This document shows, piece after piece, positions 1 to 8,521 of a stretch of DNA of 64,000 nt. The number at the start of each line of letters is the position of its first letter. The stretch's first letter is position 1. The notes below the pieces were generated by a model. The model did not search any database and was not told the origin of the DNA. It saw only the letters and a list, made by a program, of their open reading frames with translations. The DNA comes from Candidatus Aenigmatarchaeota archaeon (GTDB lineage Archaea > Aenigmatarchaeota > Aenigmatarchaeia > QMZP01 > QMZT01). Location of the stretch: positions 17,888 to 81,887 of the forward strand of contig WVZE01000001.1 of assembly GCA_011772645.1 (NCBI GenBank), in the 5' to 3' direction. The translations under genes were made by a program, and so were the position numbers.

Positions 1-2
1 CG

Positions 3-572
3 ATGCTAGAACTTATGATAAACGCTCTTCGAATGAGGCCTGACAGAATGATAGTGGGGGAGATAAGAAGATCAAAGGAGGCGGAAGTTCTTTTCGAGGC
101 GATAAACACCGGGCATTCAGTGTATTCAACACTCCACGCCAACACATCCGAGGAGACGTTCAAACGTCTCGTGAATCCTCCGATAAACATTCCCGTTTCC
201 TTGCTCACCTCGCTCCAGCTGATAGCTGTGATGCACAGGGACAGGAGGAAAGGGATTCGAAGGCTTCTGGAGGTTACCGAACTCATCCCGAGCGGTGGTC
301 TTGAGGAGATGAAGATCGAGCTGAACACGATATTCAAATGGGTTCCATCGAAGGACCAAGTTATAGAATGGGGGAAGCCGCACAGGCTGCTTAAGGACAT
401 AAAGCTCTACTCCGCGATGAGCGATGACGAGATAAGGGAAAATCTTGAAGGCAAGAAAAAGATACTCCTCTGGCTCGTGAAGAACAAGATCAGGGATATA
501 GACAAGGTCGGGAGGATGATCTCGGATTATTACAAAGACCCTGAAAACGCTTTGAAAATGGTTGAAAAATGA
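3..572 (+). CDS. Type IV pilus/archaellum-type secretion ATPase (FlaI/GspE/VirB11 superfamily), C-terminal part; the 5' end lies outside the window
   Basis: The translation 'RMRPDRMIVGEIRRSKEAEVLFEAINTGHSVYSTLHAN' matches the Asp-box/His-box region of secretion ATPases. It is clearly paralogous to the C-terminus of 24718..26403 ('NPDYVIVGEVRGKEA...ASGHSSIGTIHAG'). The reading frame is open to the window edge. Confidence 0.8.
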   Translation: MLELMINALRMRPDRMIVGEIRRSKEAEVLFEAINTGHSVYSTLHANTSEETFKRLVNPPINIPVSLLTSLQLIAVMHRDRRKGIRRLLEVTELIPSGGLEEMKIELNTIFKWVPSKDQVIEWGKPHRLLKDIKLYSAMSDDEIRENLEGKKKILLWLVKNKIRDIDKVGRMISDYYKDPENALKMVEK

Positions 573-583
573 ACGTTTTGAGT

Positions 584-1153
584 CTATCTCTGGGTTTTCT
601 CGAATCTCGGAACGAATAACCTGTATTTGTCCTTGTCTTCCAGTTCCTCTAGAATTCTCTTTATGATCATCTTCTCCGGGTCGGGAAGCATGGTTACGCG
701 CTTCTTTAGGTCCTCGAAGGATCCGAAGGGCTTCTCCTTTTTGGCAGCTATTATCGCCCACAAATGTTTTTTCCCTATCCCAGGGAGCAGCTCCAGCTGG
801 TGAAGGCGTGTGGTTATCGGACCGGCGTTGTTGAAGAATTCCAGGAATTTCTTTGGTTTTGTTTTTACCAGGTCTTCAACTATGTCCGAGACCTCCTCTT
901 TGGAGGCTCCCGTCAGGTCCTTGAAATCGATCCTTCTCTTTATGAACTTAACCTCATCCCTTTTTCCGTCTCCTATGTAAACGCGCGATCCAACTTTTAA
1001 GTGAATCCCGTCCCTGACTATAACTTCAAGTAAGGAAAAGTATTCCTCTCCCAGAACCTGCGCAACAGGCTGGGAGATTCGCATCCCGTAGTAGCCGTGC
1101 GGAAGATAGTCTAAAACTATCGCCCACTCGTCCTTTTTAAGATCCTTTTGCAT
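584..1153 (-). CDS. DUF655-family nucleic-acid-binding protein (OB-like N-terminus plus helix-hairpin-helix)
   Basis: It has the HhH-like motif 'LELLPGIGKKHLWAIIAAK'. It sits in the conserved archaeal L21e-Rpo4-DUF655 neighbourhood. Confidence 0.7.
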   Translation of the reverse strand: MQKDLKKDEWAIVLDYLPHGYYGMRISQPVAQVLGEEYFSLLEVIVRDGIHLKVGSRVYIGDGKRDEVKFIKRRIDFKDLTGASKEEVSDIVEDLVKTKPKKFLEFFNNAGPITTRLHQLELLPGIGKKHLWAIIAAKKEKPFGSFEDLKKRVTMLPDPEKMIIKRILEELEDKDKYRLFVPRFEKTQR

Positions 1154-1197
1154 GCTACCAGCCTTGATTATAAGATAGAATTCAGCTTTATAAGTTA

Positions 1198-1524
1198 TTA
1201 TCTGTTATCCTTGACTGTCTTCAAAATCTTCTTTTTATCCTCGTCCGTCAAAACCACCCTTTCGTTTGCGAACAGTATTCTCACATCATCCAAATTCTCC
1301 GGTAAGAAGTTCAGTATGTTCACTATGTGTTTATCTTTCAGTTTCTCGATTTTTTTCAGTTCCTCTACGATTTTCTCTGCCTTTGACTCCGGTATTTTGC
1401 AGAATTTTCTGAGGTGTTCTAACGCGTTTTTCTGCTCGTAACCCAGTTCCTTCTCCTTCTCCTTTTTCATGAGTATCTTTTTGACCTCAATCCAGCTTAT
1501 CGCCTTCTCGTCATTCACTTCCAT
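1198..1524 (-). CDS. rpoF: DNA-directed RNA polymerase subunit Rpo4/F
   Basis: 108 aa. 'GYEQKNALEHLRKF...IVNILNFLPENLDDVRILFANE' resembles archaeal Rpo4. It lies between L21e and DUF655, as in many archaea. Confidence 0.75.
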   Translation of the reverse strand: MEVNDEKAISWIEVKKILMKKEKEKELGYEQKNALEHLRKFCKIPESKAEKIVEELKKIEKLKDKHIVNILNFLPENLDDVRILFANERVVLTDEDKKKILKTVKDNR

Positions 1525-1541
1525 GCAACCACCTCGCTAAA

Positions 1542-1832
1542 TTATTTGGATTTGGGGATTAGATGTTCGGGTCTTGCTATTATGTTCTTGGTCTTTTTTC
1601 CGACCTTGAGCTCGACCACGTAAGATCTCCCTCTCCTTTCCTTGATCTTTCCTGTCCTTCCCTCGAATACGGGATCCGGGAATCCTCTCTGGGAGGAAGG
1701 GTTCAGTTTTATTACAACTCTGTCATTGATTTCGAAAGCCTGAAGGTAGGGAGCAACCTTGAATTTATCCTTCCTTCCTCTCTTCATTTTACTTCTCGTT
1801 CCTCTCCTCATTCCCCTGCTCTTCTTGACCAT
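1542..1832 (-). CDS. rpl21e: 50S ribosomal protein L21e
   Basis: 'MVKKSRGMRRGTRSKM...FPDPVFEGRTGKI...YVVELKVG' is a typical eL21 sequence. The track ORF extends 4 codons upstream (to 1844); the start at MVKK is preferred. Confidence 0.9.
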   Translation of the reverse strand: MVKKSRGMRRGTRSKMKRGRKDKFKVAPYLQAFEINDRVVIKLNPSSQRGFPDPVFEGRTGKIKERRGRSYVVELKVGKKTKNIIARPEHLIPKSK

Positions 1833-1836
1833 TTTT

Positions 1837-3030
1837 TCACACAAATATCTTTACGACATCGAACTGTTTTAACTCACCCGGGTTTTCAAGGATCTCCGAG
1901 ATTGATGGTTTCGTCCTTCTCTTGTCACCTGAGACGAGCTCGTTTATGTACAAACCCGATTCGGTTCGAACTTCGAATTCGTAAATTTTTGTATTTATCT
2001 TTTTCCATTTAATACTTTTAACCTTTTTGTGCCTGAGTTTGTCTGGTTTGCTTTTCAAAAGCCTTCTCGGGGTTTTCTGTTTCACAACCCCCACTATTTT
2101 TCCAACCCTTTGGATATCCCTGACCGGGTTTTCGAAATTAACTCTTAACCTGTAGACCTTCTCGACCTTTTTCCTCTTTATTTCAACAATTTCCTTTCTC
2201 GAGGAGTATCTCAAATTCCTGACCTTTACCATCTTTCCCCTGTTTATCTCCCTTTCGATAATTTTCAGATTTATCCTCCTTTTAAGGGGCTGGTTGATTT
2301 CAAGAACGAAGGGCCTCCACGCCAGACATTTAGCCTGCCTGTCCTCCCTCCCGCATGCATGCATTGTGTGGGAGGAGGCTCTCGTGGTTTTCATTAAAGG
2401 TTTTGCTATGATGTCCTCAACGGTTTCATGTCCTTTCATCTTGGTCTGCGGAATGCCCCTCACAAGTTTTCTGTATTCTCCGTAAACGTATACCGGGTTG
2501 ATCAGGGTCTCTATTTGTTTGTTTTGCAGGTCAAGCAAAACTATAATCTCCGGTCTGTTCTCATCAGGGATCTTGCCTGTTTTTTTCTCTACCAGCTTTC
2601 CCAGTTCCCTGTTCAGTTCTGATTTTATGGGTTCGCAGTAAGCGATTCCTGATTTCTCCCAGAGGGATTCCTCTGCCATCGCGAGGGCATCATTCATTTT
2701 CACGCCAACCATGAAACTCTTGGAATCCATTTTTTTCAGTATCTTTGCCGCCTGGTCTGCGAATTTCGGAAGCTCCTCGAAGAGATTCTTACAGACCACG
2801 CAAATTCCGGGCTTCCTTGTTTTCATCTTCCTCCTGAACGTGAAACCGTGGAAATTTGAGGTATCCAGTTTGAAGGGTTTCGCCTCGTACTCCATCGCCA
2901 GTAACCTCCTCACGATCTCCCCCCTCTGATCGTTCGAGTAACCGCTAAGTAATTTTGCGAACTGCCTTCCGAGACAGTGATCGCAAACGAAACCTAAATT
3001 CATAATCTTTATTGCATTTTCCTTAATCAC
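1837..3030 (-). CDS. pus10: tRNA pseudouridine(54/55) synthase Pus10
   Basis: 397 aa. It has the N-terminal zinc motif 'CDHCLGRQF...CVVCKN' followed by a THUMP-like and catalytic domain. It shows archaeal Pus10 synteny with L21e. Confidence 0.8.
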   Translation of the reverse strand: MIKENAIKIMNLGFVCDHCLGRQFAKLLSGYSNDQRGEIVRRLLAMEYEAKPFKLDTSNFHGFTFRRKMKTRKPGICVVCKNLFEELPKFADQAAKILKKMDSKSFMVGVKMNDALAMAEESLWEKSGIAYCEPIKSELNRELGKLVEKKTGKIPDENRPEIIVLLDLQNKQIETLINPVYVYGEYRKLVRGIPQTKMKGHETVEDIIAKPLMKTTRASSHTMHACGREDRQAKCLAWRPFVLEINQPLKRRINLKIIEREINRGKMVKVRNLRYSSRKEIVEIKRKKVEKVYRLRVNFENPVRDIQRVGKIVGVVKQKTPRRLLKSKPDKLRHKKVKSIKWKKINTKIYEFEVRTESGLYINELVSGDKRRTKPSISEILENPGELKQFDVVKIFV

Positions 3031-3051
3031 GTTCTCACGTAGAAATTATGT

Positions 3052-3807
3052 TTACCTTATTTTTAAATCAAAAACCCCGATCGCGTTCCTTTTTGCGGCT
3101 TCAAGAACCTCTTCCTTAGAGATCCTCCGTATCTCCGATATCTTCTCCGCTGCCAATTTTATGTTCCAGGGATAGTTCCTCGGGTCCTTATCCTTGTACG
3201 GGGACAGGAACGGGGAATCGGTTTCGAGGAGGATTTTGTCTAAGGGAACGTCCTTCGCGATCTTGCGGATATTCTTGGAGAAGAGAACCTGGGTCGAAAT
3301 CGAGATGTGGAATTCACGGGAAATTATCTCCTTCGCGAGATCCCTCTTCCCAGAGAAACAGTGAAATACACATTTCGCATTTGAATCCTTTACCATCTCG
3401 TAACATTCGCTCTCAGCGTCCCATGAATGGATCACCAGGGGTTTTGAAAGTTTCTCTGCGAGATCTATAAATTTTGAAAATATCTCCCTTTGTTTTTCGT
3501 GTTTTGCCGGATCCTTCTCCCAGTGGTAGTCCAGTCCCGCTTCCCCAACGCTCACGATCTTCTCCCTGTTCTTCCTTATCAGGTCCATTATCCTTTCCGG
3601 GTCCTTCCCGCCCTCAACAGGGTGGAATCCTATACTCGGAAAAATAAAGCCAGGGTATTTCTCGGCGAGGGAAAGAACCTTCAGTCCCTCGTCATAGCGG
3701 GCAGAACTCGCTATCACTCCTGACAATTCCTGCTTGCATTTTTCTATGATCTGGTCCAGATCCCTTTCATAAGACTTCCAACACATGTGCGCGTGAATAT
3801 CGATCAT
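3052..3807 (-). CDS. tatD: TatD-family metal-dependent hydrolase/DNase
   Basis: 'MIDIHAHM', 'GEAGLDYH', 'VIHSWDA', 'FHCFSG' and 'LLETDSPFL' are the canonical TatD motifs. Confidence 0.9.
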   Translation of the reverse strand: MIDIHAHMCWKSYERDLDQIIEKCKQELSGVIASSARYDEGLKVLSLAEKYPGFIFPSIGFHPVEGGKDPERIMDLIRKNREKIVSVGEAGLDYHWEKDPAKHEKQREIFSKFIDLAEKLSKPLVIHSWDAESECYEMVKDSNAKCVFHCFSGKRDLAKEIISREFHISISTQVLFSKNIRKIAKDVPLDKILLETDSPFLSPYKDKDPRNYPWNIKLAAEKISEIRRISKEEVLEAAKRNAIGVFDLKIR

Positions 3808-3871
3808 AAGTGTTTATAATGGGTTTATTTTATAAAAATTGTTATTTCCAAAGTAAAATTTTCGAGTCTAT

Positions 3872-4231
3872 TTACAACCGTATACCAGTGTATTGGTATA
3901 ACACTGAAGCAGGCTCATCGATGAAATATTTTCTAAAGAAATTGATTTTATCCCCATGTCTGGCACGATATATATGATACAGTTCATGTTTGGCTATTCT
4001 TCTAAAATTTTTGGGATTTTTGAAGCTTACAGGATTAAACTGTACATATAAGCTTCCATCTTCATCATTAACTGCCATTGTAGAATATTCATTGAAGAAA
4101 AGCCACCAGTGCTTTAAACTTTCATAGTATTCGATGGGGGGTGGATTTAAGAATTTGACTTTAATAGGTGGTAATTTCAATCTTTTTCTTTCTTCTTCAA
4201 AAATTTTTCTTAATTCTTTTTTTATAACCAT
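3872..4231 (-). CDS. Hypothetical small protein with an HExxH motif (possible minimal zinc metallopeptidase-like protein)
   Basis: 119 aa, containing 'AKHELYHIYRARHGD' (HExxH). The gene and its flanks are visibly more AT-rich than the neighbouring genes. I recognise no family. Confidence 0.4.
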   Translation of the reverse strand: MVIKKELRKIFEEERKRLKLPPIKVKFLNPPPIEYYESLKHWWLFFNEYSTMAVNDEDGSLYVQFNPVSFKNPKNFRRIAKHELYHIYRARHGDKINFFRKYFIDEPASVLYQYTGIRL

Positions 4232-4261
4232 ATCAATTAAATACTGACTTAATTTTAAAAA

Positions 4262-5092
4262 TCATCCCTCAGCCAAGAAATAATCCATCGCATCCTCTAT
4301 CGTTCTCACCTCGGCCACCTCGATCCCCACTTCCTCTGAGATGCTAACCTCTGTGGGTATATTTTCTGTGGTGCATATCTGGGAGATTCCGATCTGTTCG
4401 CAGTATTTCTTTGTTTTGTACGTAACTTCCTTGGAATGCAGGAGGGGGACAAGTAGGATTTTCGCTCCAGCTTCCTTCGCAGCTTTTGCTTTCGGCAGGA
4501 TCTCGCCCACGGGCCCGATCGTTCCGTCGTGGTTTATCGCGCCCGTTATCATGACTTCGGGATTCAGTTTCTCTTTCTTAAGGGCCGCGATCGTGGCGAT
4601 CGTTAGGGCGGCTCCTGCAGAAGGTCCTTCCACCGCCGTGGCCTCTGTTTCAATGGTGTATATCACGTCGTAATCCGAGAGGTTGATTCCTGTGATGTTC
4701 GAGGCGACCTTTGTGGATGTTCGAATCGAATTTTGCGTGTCCGTCCAGAACAGGAGCCTGTCTATGTTTGCGAGGATTTTACCGGAGCCGGGAACTATCT
4801 GGACGCTTAGAACGGTTGTCAATCCTTCCCCTTCCTCGTCAACAGCGGGAACCACGATCGATGAGGAGGAGGCGTTTTCCGAGATGTATGGAACGTACGT
4901 CACGACGTTCGCGGGCCTTGTCTGGTTGTAATTGATAATAATGACCTCGTTCATTCCCCCTATGTAATATCCCAGAAAGTATGCGATTGCCATTAAAACT
5001 ATGAGGGTTGTTGTTTTGACTCCCCTGTATCTGCGGGATTCCCTGCGCATATTCATATAATTGTTTTTGAACTTATAATTGCTTTGGTTCAA
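4262..5092 (-). CDS. Membrane-anchored S16 (Lon C-terminal proteolytic domain) serine protease
   Basis: It has an N-terminal TM helix ('TTTLIVLMAIAYFLGYYIGG'). The Lon protease domain motifs are 'EGPSAGAALTIATIAAL' (catalytic Ser) and 'ITGAINHDGTIGPVGEILPKAKAAKEAGA' (catalytic Lys). Confidence 0.75.
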   Translation of the reverse strand: MNQSNYKFKNNYMNMRRESRRYRGVKTTTLIVLMAIAYFLGYYIGGMNEVIIINYNQTRPANVVTYVPYISENASSSSIVVPAVDEEGEGLTTVLSVQIVPGSGKILANIDRLLFWTDTQNSIRTSTKVASNITGINLSDYDVIYTIETEATAVEGPSAGAALTIATIAALKKEKLNPEVMITGAINHDGTIGPVGEILPKAKAAKEAGAKILLVPLLHSKEVTYKTKKYCEQIGISQICTTENIPTEVSISEEVGIEVAEVRTIEDAMDYFLAEG

Positions 5093-5109
5093 ACCAACCG
5101 GATTAAAAA

Positions 5110-5392
5110 TAGTGGTAGGAACACGCCATCAGTGGATGCTGATCAACCAGAAGGTTTATCCACAATCCCTCCTCCACTCCGCTACCCTTCAAGCGTTGTT
5201 AATATAACTTAGGGCTGCCACCTTCCGGTTCTGACCCGGTTCATCACATTAAAAACCCTGAAGGACAGAGCTTCTCAGTTGGGAATATGGGCCTTTTGGT
5301 TTCTCAGTATCGCCTTTAGGCTTCGACTCCGTCATGAAGGCGGTTTACGGTTACAGGAGACGCCTGACCTCCCAGTCTAGTCCCTACCATCT
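5110..5392 (-). ncRNA. Signal recognition particle RNA (archaeal 7S/SRP RNA)
   Basis: The minus strand reads 'GGGAGGTCAGGCGTCTCCTGTAACCGTAAACCGCC' (5'/Alu-like domain). It also reads 'GGGTCAGAACCGGAAGGTGGCAGCCCTAAG', the helix-8 region with a GGAA tetraloop (compare 4.5S 'GGTCAGGTCCGGAAGGAAGCAGCC'). The 5' 'GGTAGGGAC' can pair with the 3' 'GTTCCTACC'. A TATA-like 'TTTTAAA' lies about 25 nt upstream (5412..5418) and an oligo-T follows the 3' end. There is no credible ORF in this 360-bp gap. The ends are approximate (+/-10 nt). Confidence 0.85.
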
Positions 5393-5452
5393 TTCTCTTG
5401 TAAATGCGTATTTAAAAGTTTATTTTTATGAAACCGAAACGAATAATTTAAT

Positions 5453-6331
5453 ATGTTATCATTCTACAAGAAACTGGCGCTGACCTTTTTTGGAGGTGTT
5501 GTTGACAGGTATATAGACTCCTTCAGGCCGCTTGAACCGCACATAAAAAATGCAAACATGAAGATTCTGTTGAAAACGTGGGTGTCTCTCATAATCTTCA
5601 CGAGTATCATGCTGTTCCTCATAACGTTCATTTTAACCTATGTCGTTCTCACCTTTTTCATACAGGTTGAGTTCTACATCTACATTTTCACAACAATATT
5701 CCTGCCCGTTTTTGTTGCGTCTGTCGCTTTCATAATTTTCTATCTTTACCCTGTACAGAGAGAAAACTCGAGAAAGAACAGCATAGAGAACAACCTTCCA
5801 TTCGCCACAACCCACATGGCTGCCATCGCCTCTTCAGGCATCCCGACCGAGTTTGTGTTTGAACTGCTGATGGGTTTTAAAGAGTACGGGGAAATAGCAG
5901 AGGAATCGAGACTTATAATGAGGAACATAAAAACTTTTGGAATGAGCAGCGTGGATGCGATAAAGAACGTCGGCGACAGAACACCTTCCCAGGAATTCAG
6001 GGAACTGCTGCTGGGAATCGTCTCGACAATAGAAACCGGGGGGAACCTCATACAATACCTGAGGGAGATGTCCGACAAGGCGTTGTTCGATTACAGGATC
6101 AAGAGGGAAAAGTACCTGAAGACTCTTTCCACTTATGCGGATATCTATACCGCACTTCTTGTCGCAGCTCCCTTGATGATGCTTGCATTGTTGGCAACCA
6201 TGAGCATAATAGGAGGTCAGGTCCTGGGTCTGGGCATACAGGATGTCATGCTGCTCATAACGTGGTTGGTATTGCCAGTACTGAATATCTCTTACCTTGC
6301 TTTCATACACGTAACATATCCGGGGATGTGA
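5453..6331 (+). CDS. Type II secretion system F-domain membrane platform protein, first of two (FlaJ/TadB/EpdJ-like)
   Basis: 292 aa and polytopic. The cytoplasmic region 'NLPFATTHMAAIASSGIP...' followed by C-terminal TM helices is typical of a T2SSF domain. Confidence 0.75.
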   Translation: MLSFYKKLALTFFGGVVDRYIDSFRPLEPHIKNANMKILLKTWVSLIIFTSIMLFLITFILTYVVLTFFIQVEFYIYIFTTIFLPVFVASVAFIIFYLYPVQRENSRKNSIENNLPFATTHMAAIASSGIPTEFVFELLMGFKEYGEIAEESRLIMRNIKTFGMSSVDAIKNVGDRTPSQEFRELLLGIVSTIETGGNLIQYLREMSDKALFDYRIKREKYLKTLSTYADIYTALLVAAPLMMLALLATMSIIGGQVLGLGIQDVMLLITWLVLPVLNISYLAFIHVTYPGM

Positions 6332-6338
6332 TGGGAAT

Positions 6339-7184
6339 ATGAGGGAATATAGAATATTGATATTTGAAGCGATGTTCGTTGCGATAGGAGTTAGTATCCT
6401 TGTCGCGAACTTCATGATAATTTCAGAGCTTTTCCCCTTCATAAGCCCTCTTATCAACATGCTTGGAGCGCTGATAGCGATTATCCCTCCCTTCCTTCTC
6501 TTCTATTCAAGATACAGGATAGGTAAGGAGATAGAGGGGCAGTTCATAATGTTCATCACCGATCTAACGGAGGCCATAGATTCCGGGATGACCCTGCCCA
6601 TCGCCCTGAAACATTCCGCAAAGAGGAGTTACGGTGTGTTGACACCATACGTAAAGGAGATAAACAGCAAGGTCAACTGGGGCGTCCCTTTCGAACAGGC
6701 GCTCTCCATGTTTGCCAAGAAGGTCAAATCCGTTCCCATCAACAGATCGGTAGGAACGATCATCGAAACCTACAAGGTTGGGGGGAAGATTTCGGACACG
6801 TTGAAGGCGATAGGTCAGTCACTCATAGAGATAAACAAGATAAAACAGGAGAGATCCGCCTCCGTACAGTCGCAAATCGTTACCTCCTATCTCATATTCT
6901 TTGTCTTCATATTCATTCTCGTCATATTACAGGCTTTTCTGATACCCGCCCTGGGGTCTGCAACTGCGGCTGGTCTGGATGATGCTCCGGAGGAACTGCC
7001 CGAAGAACTCTATTCCCAGACTTTTGTGAACTTCATAATTGTTCAGGGGTTCTTTGCAGGACTCGCAACGGGTAAGATGGCGGAAGGTTCGCTGGTCGCC
7101 GGGTTCAAGCATTCGCTGGTTCTTGTGGTGATAGGCTATACTATATTCTCCCTCCTTGGACAGTTCCAGATAAGACTATTTTAA
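6339..7184 (+). CDS. Type II secretion system F-domain membrane platform protein, second of two (FlaJ/TadC/EpdK-like)
   Basis: 281 aa. 'QFIMFITDLTEAIDSGMTLPIALKHSA...VNWGVPFEQAL' is a T2SSF-domain signature. It starts 7 nt after the stop of the previous gene. Confidence 0.75.
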   Translation: MREYRILIFEAMFVAIGVSILVANFMIISELFPFISPLINMLGALIAIIPPFLLFYSRYRIGKEIEGQFIMFITDLTEAIDSGMTLPIALKHSAKRSYGVLTPYVKEINSKVNWGVPFEQALSMFAKKVKSVPINRSVGTIIETYKVGGKISDTLKAIGQSLIEINKIKQERSASVQSQIVTSYLIFFVFIFILVILQAFLIPALGSATAAGLDDAPEELPEELYSQTFVNFIIVQGFFAGLATGKMAEGSLVAGFKHSLVLVVIGYTIFSLLGQFQIRLF

Positions 7185-7230
7185 ATAACTGTGTTCAGAA
7201 TAAATGTTATAGATATCTGATGGTGATTGT

Positions 7231-7431
7231 GTGGGTAGGATAAAGACAGCCTCGATAAAGGTTATGGGGAACCAGATAATCAAGGAGCACGGAAAGCTTT
7301 TCACTGATAATTTTGAGAAGAATAAAGAGGTTCTGGATGAAGTAAGGGAGATAAAGTCCAAGAAGATAAAGAACATCTTGGCTGGTTATATAACAAAGGA
7401 AATAAAAAGGATGAAGAAGAGCGGGTTGTGA
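7231..7431 (+). CDS. rps17e: 30S ribosomal protein S17e
   Basis: 'MGRIKTASIKVMGNQIIKEHGKLFTDNFEKNKEVL...ILAGYITKEIK' is a typical eS17 sequence. Confidence 0.9.
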   Translation: MGRIKTASIKVMGNQIIKEHGKLFTDNFEKNKEVLDEVREIKSKKIKNILAGYITKEIKRMKKSGL

Positions 7432-7435
7432 TGCA

Positions 7436-8521
7436 ATGAAACTGGAGGACGTCCTTGAAGATGCGTTTTTTGTGAAGCCGGATGATTCTCTTTCCCACGT
7501 GGTGTCAATGATGGCGAAGGAGAAGAGGTATGAGGCGTTCGTATCCGAAGGGGGTTTCAAAGGAATAATCACACTTGATGACATTATAAAGAGGAGGTTA
7601 ACAAGCCCGCAAAACGTTAAGGTATCGAATTTCATGAAACCGATAAACCCCTTTGAAGTGGACTCTCCTGTTGAGGATGTAATAAACTATATGCTTGTGA
7701 GCGAACATAGGTCGCTTCCGATCAAGAAGGGAGGGAGGATATTCGCGGTCACGAAACCCAAACTTCTGAATTTTATCAAGGACGAAGTTTTTGAGGGAAA
7801 GAAGGCGAAAGATGTGATGCAGTTTCCTTATTCAGCAGACACGAACGACACGCTCTCAACCGTTATTTCCGTAATGAAGGAGACGGGCCTCGACAGGATT
7901 CCGATACTTGACGAGAAAGGGGGGTTTGTTGGTCTGGTGGACAGCGTCAGCCTTGCGAATGTATTAACTGATAAAGGAAGGTCCAAGAGAGGTGAAAGGT
8001 TCGGTGATAAGGAGAGGTTGGAGGAAGTGGGGATAGAAAGATTCTTACGGAAAGAGATATTAAAGGTGAACCCGGAAACCGAGCTCAAGCGAATAGTCAG
8101 GGACATCTCGAAAGAGGGGGTTTGCGCGGTAATCGTGGAGGGAGGCGAGAAATTCCTGGGCATGATCACTGTCAGGGACCTTTTCAAATTGATAGGGAAG
8201 TCCCTGGAGACCGTCTACATAAGGATTAGCGGTCTGGACATGGAGGACGATTTCATAAAATCCAAGATAGATGAGATGGTCGACAACACCATCACCAAAC
8301 TCCTGAAATCCCTTGAGGTGAACTACGTGGCGATACATGTTGAAACGCATAAAAGCGGAGGTAAAAGAAAGAAATACTCTGCTCAGGGGAGGTTCGTTAC
8401 CGATAAGGGGAACTTCCACGCGAGCGATCACGAGTGGGACCCAACGAAAGCGATGAAGCTGTTTCTTTCGAAGATAGAGAGGGAAGTTCACAAAAAGGTG
8501 GAGATGGAGAGGGGATATTAG
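7436..8521 (+). CDS. Four-CBS-domain protein with a C-terminal HPF/RaiA (S30AE)-like domain
   Basis: Four CBS repeats are visible (for example 'GIITLDDIIKR', 'GLVDSVSLANVL', 'GMITVRDLFKLI'). The last ~110 aa, 'VYIRISGLDMEDDFIKSKIDEMV...VNYVAIHVETHKSGGKRKKYSAQGRFVTDKGNFHASDHEWDPTKAMKLFLSKIEREVHKKVE', follow the beta-alpha-beta-beta-beta-alpha pattern of ribosome hibernation factors. It starts 4 nt after the S17e stop. Confidence 0.6.
   Translation: MKLEDVLEDAFFVKPDDSLSHVVSMMAKEKRYEAFVSEGGFKGIITLDDIIKRRLTSPQNVKVSNFMKPINPFEVDSPVEDVINYMLVSEHRSLPIKKGGRIFAVTKPKLLNFIKDEVFEGKKAKDVMQFPYSADTNDTLSTVISVMKETGLDRIPILDEKGGFVGLVDSVSLANVLTDKGRSKRGERFGDKERLEEVGIERFLRKEILKVNPETELKRIVRDISKEGVCAVIVEGGEKFLGMITVRDLFKLIGKSLETVYIRISGLDMEDDFIKSKIDEMVDNTITKLLKSLEVNYVAIHVETHKSGGKRKKYSAQGRFVTDKGNFHASDHEWDPTKAMKLFLSKIEREVHKKVEMERGY

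Noticed and set aside
5093-5452. A 360-bp gap first considered as an unusually long untranslated or regulatory region, or possibly RNase P RNA.
   Set aside because: The minus-strand sequence carries the SRP RNA helix-8 GGAA-tetraloop signature and Alu-like 5' domain. SRP RNA is therefore the better call, and I saw no RNase P conserved regions.
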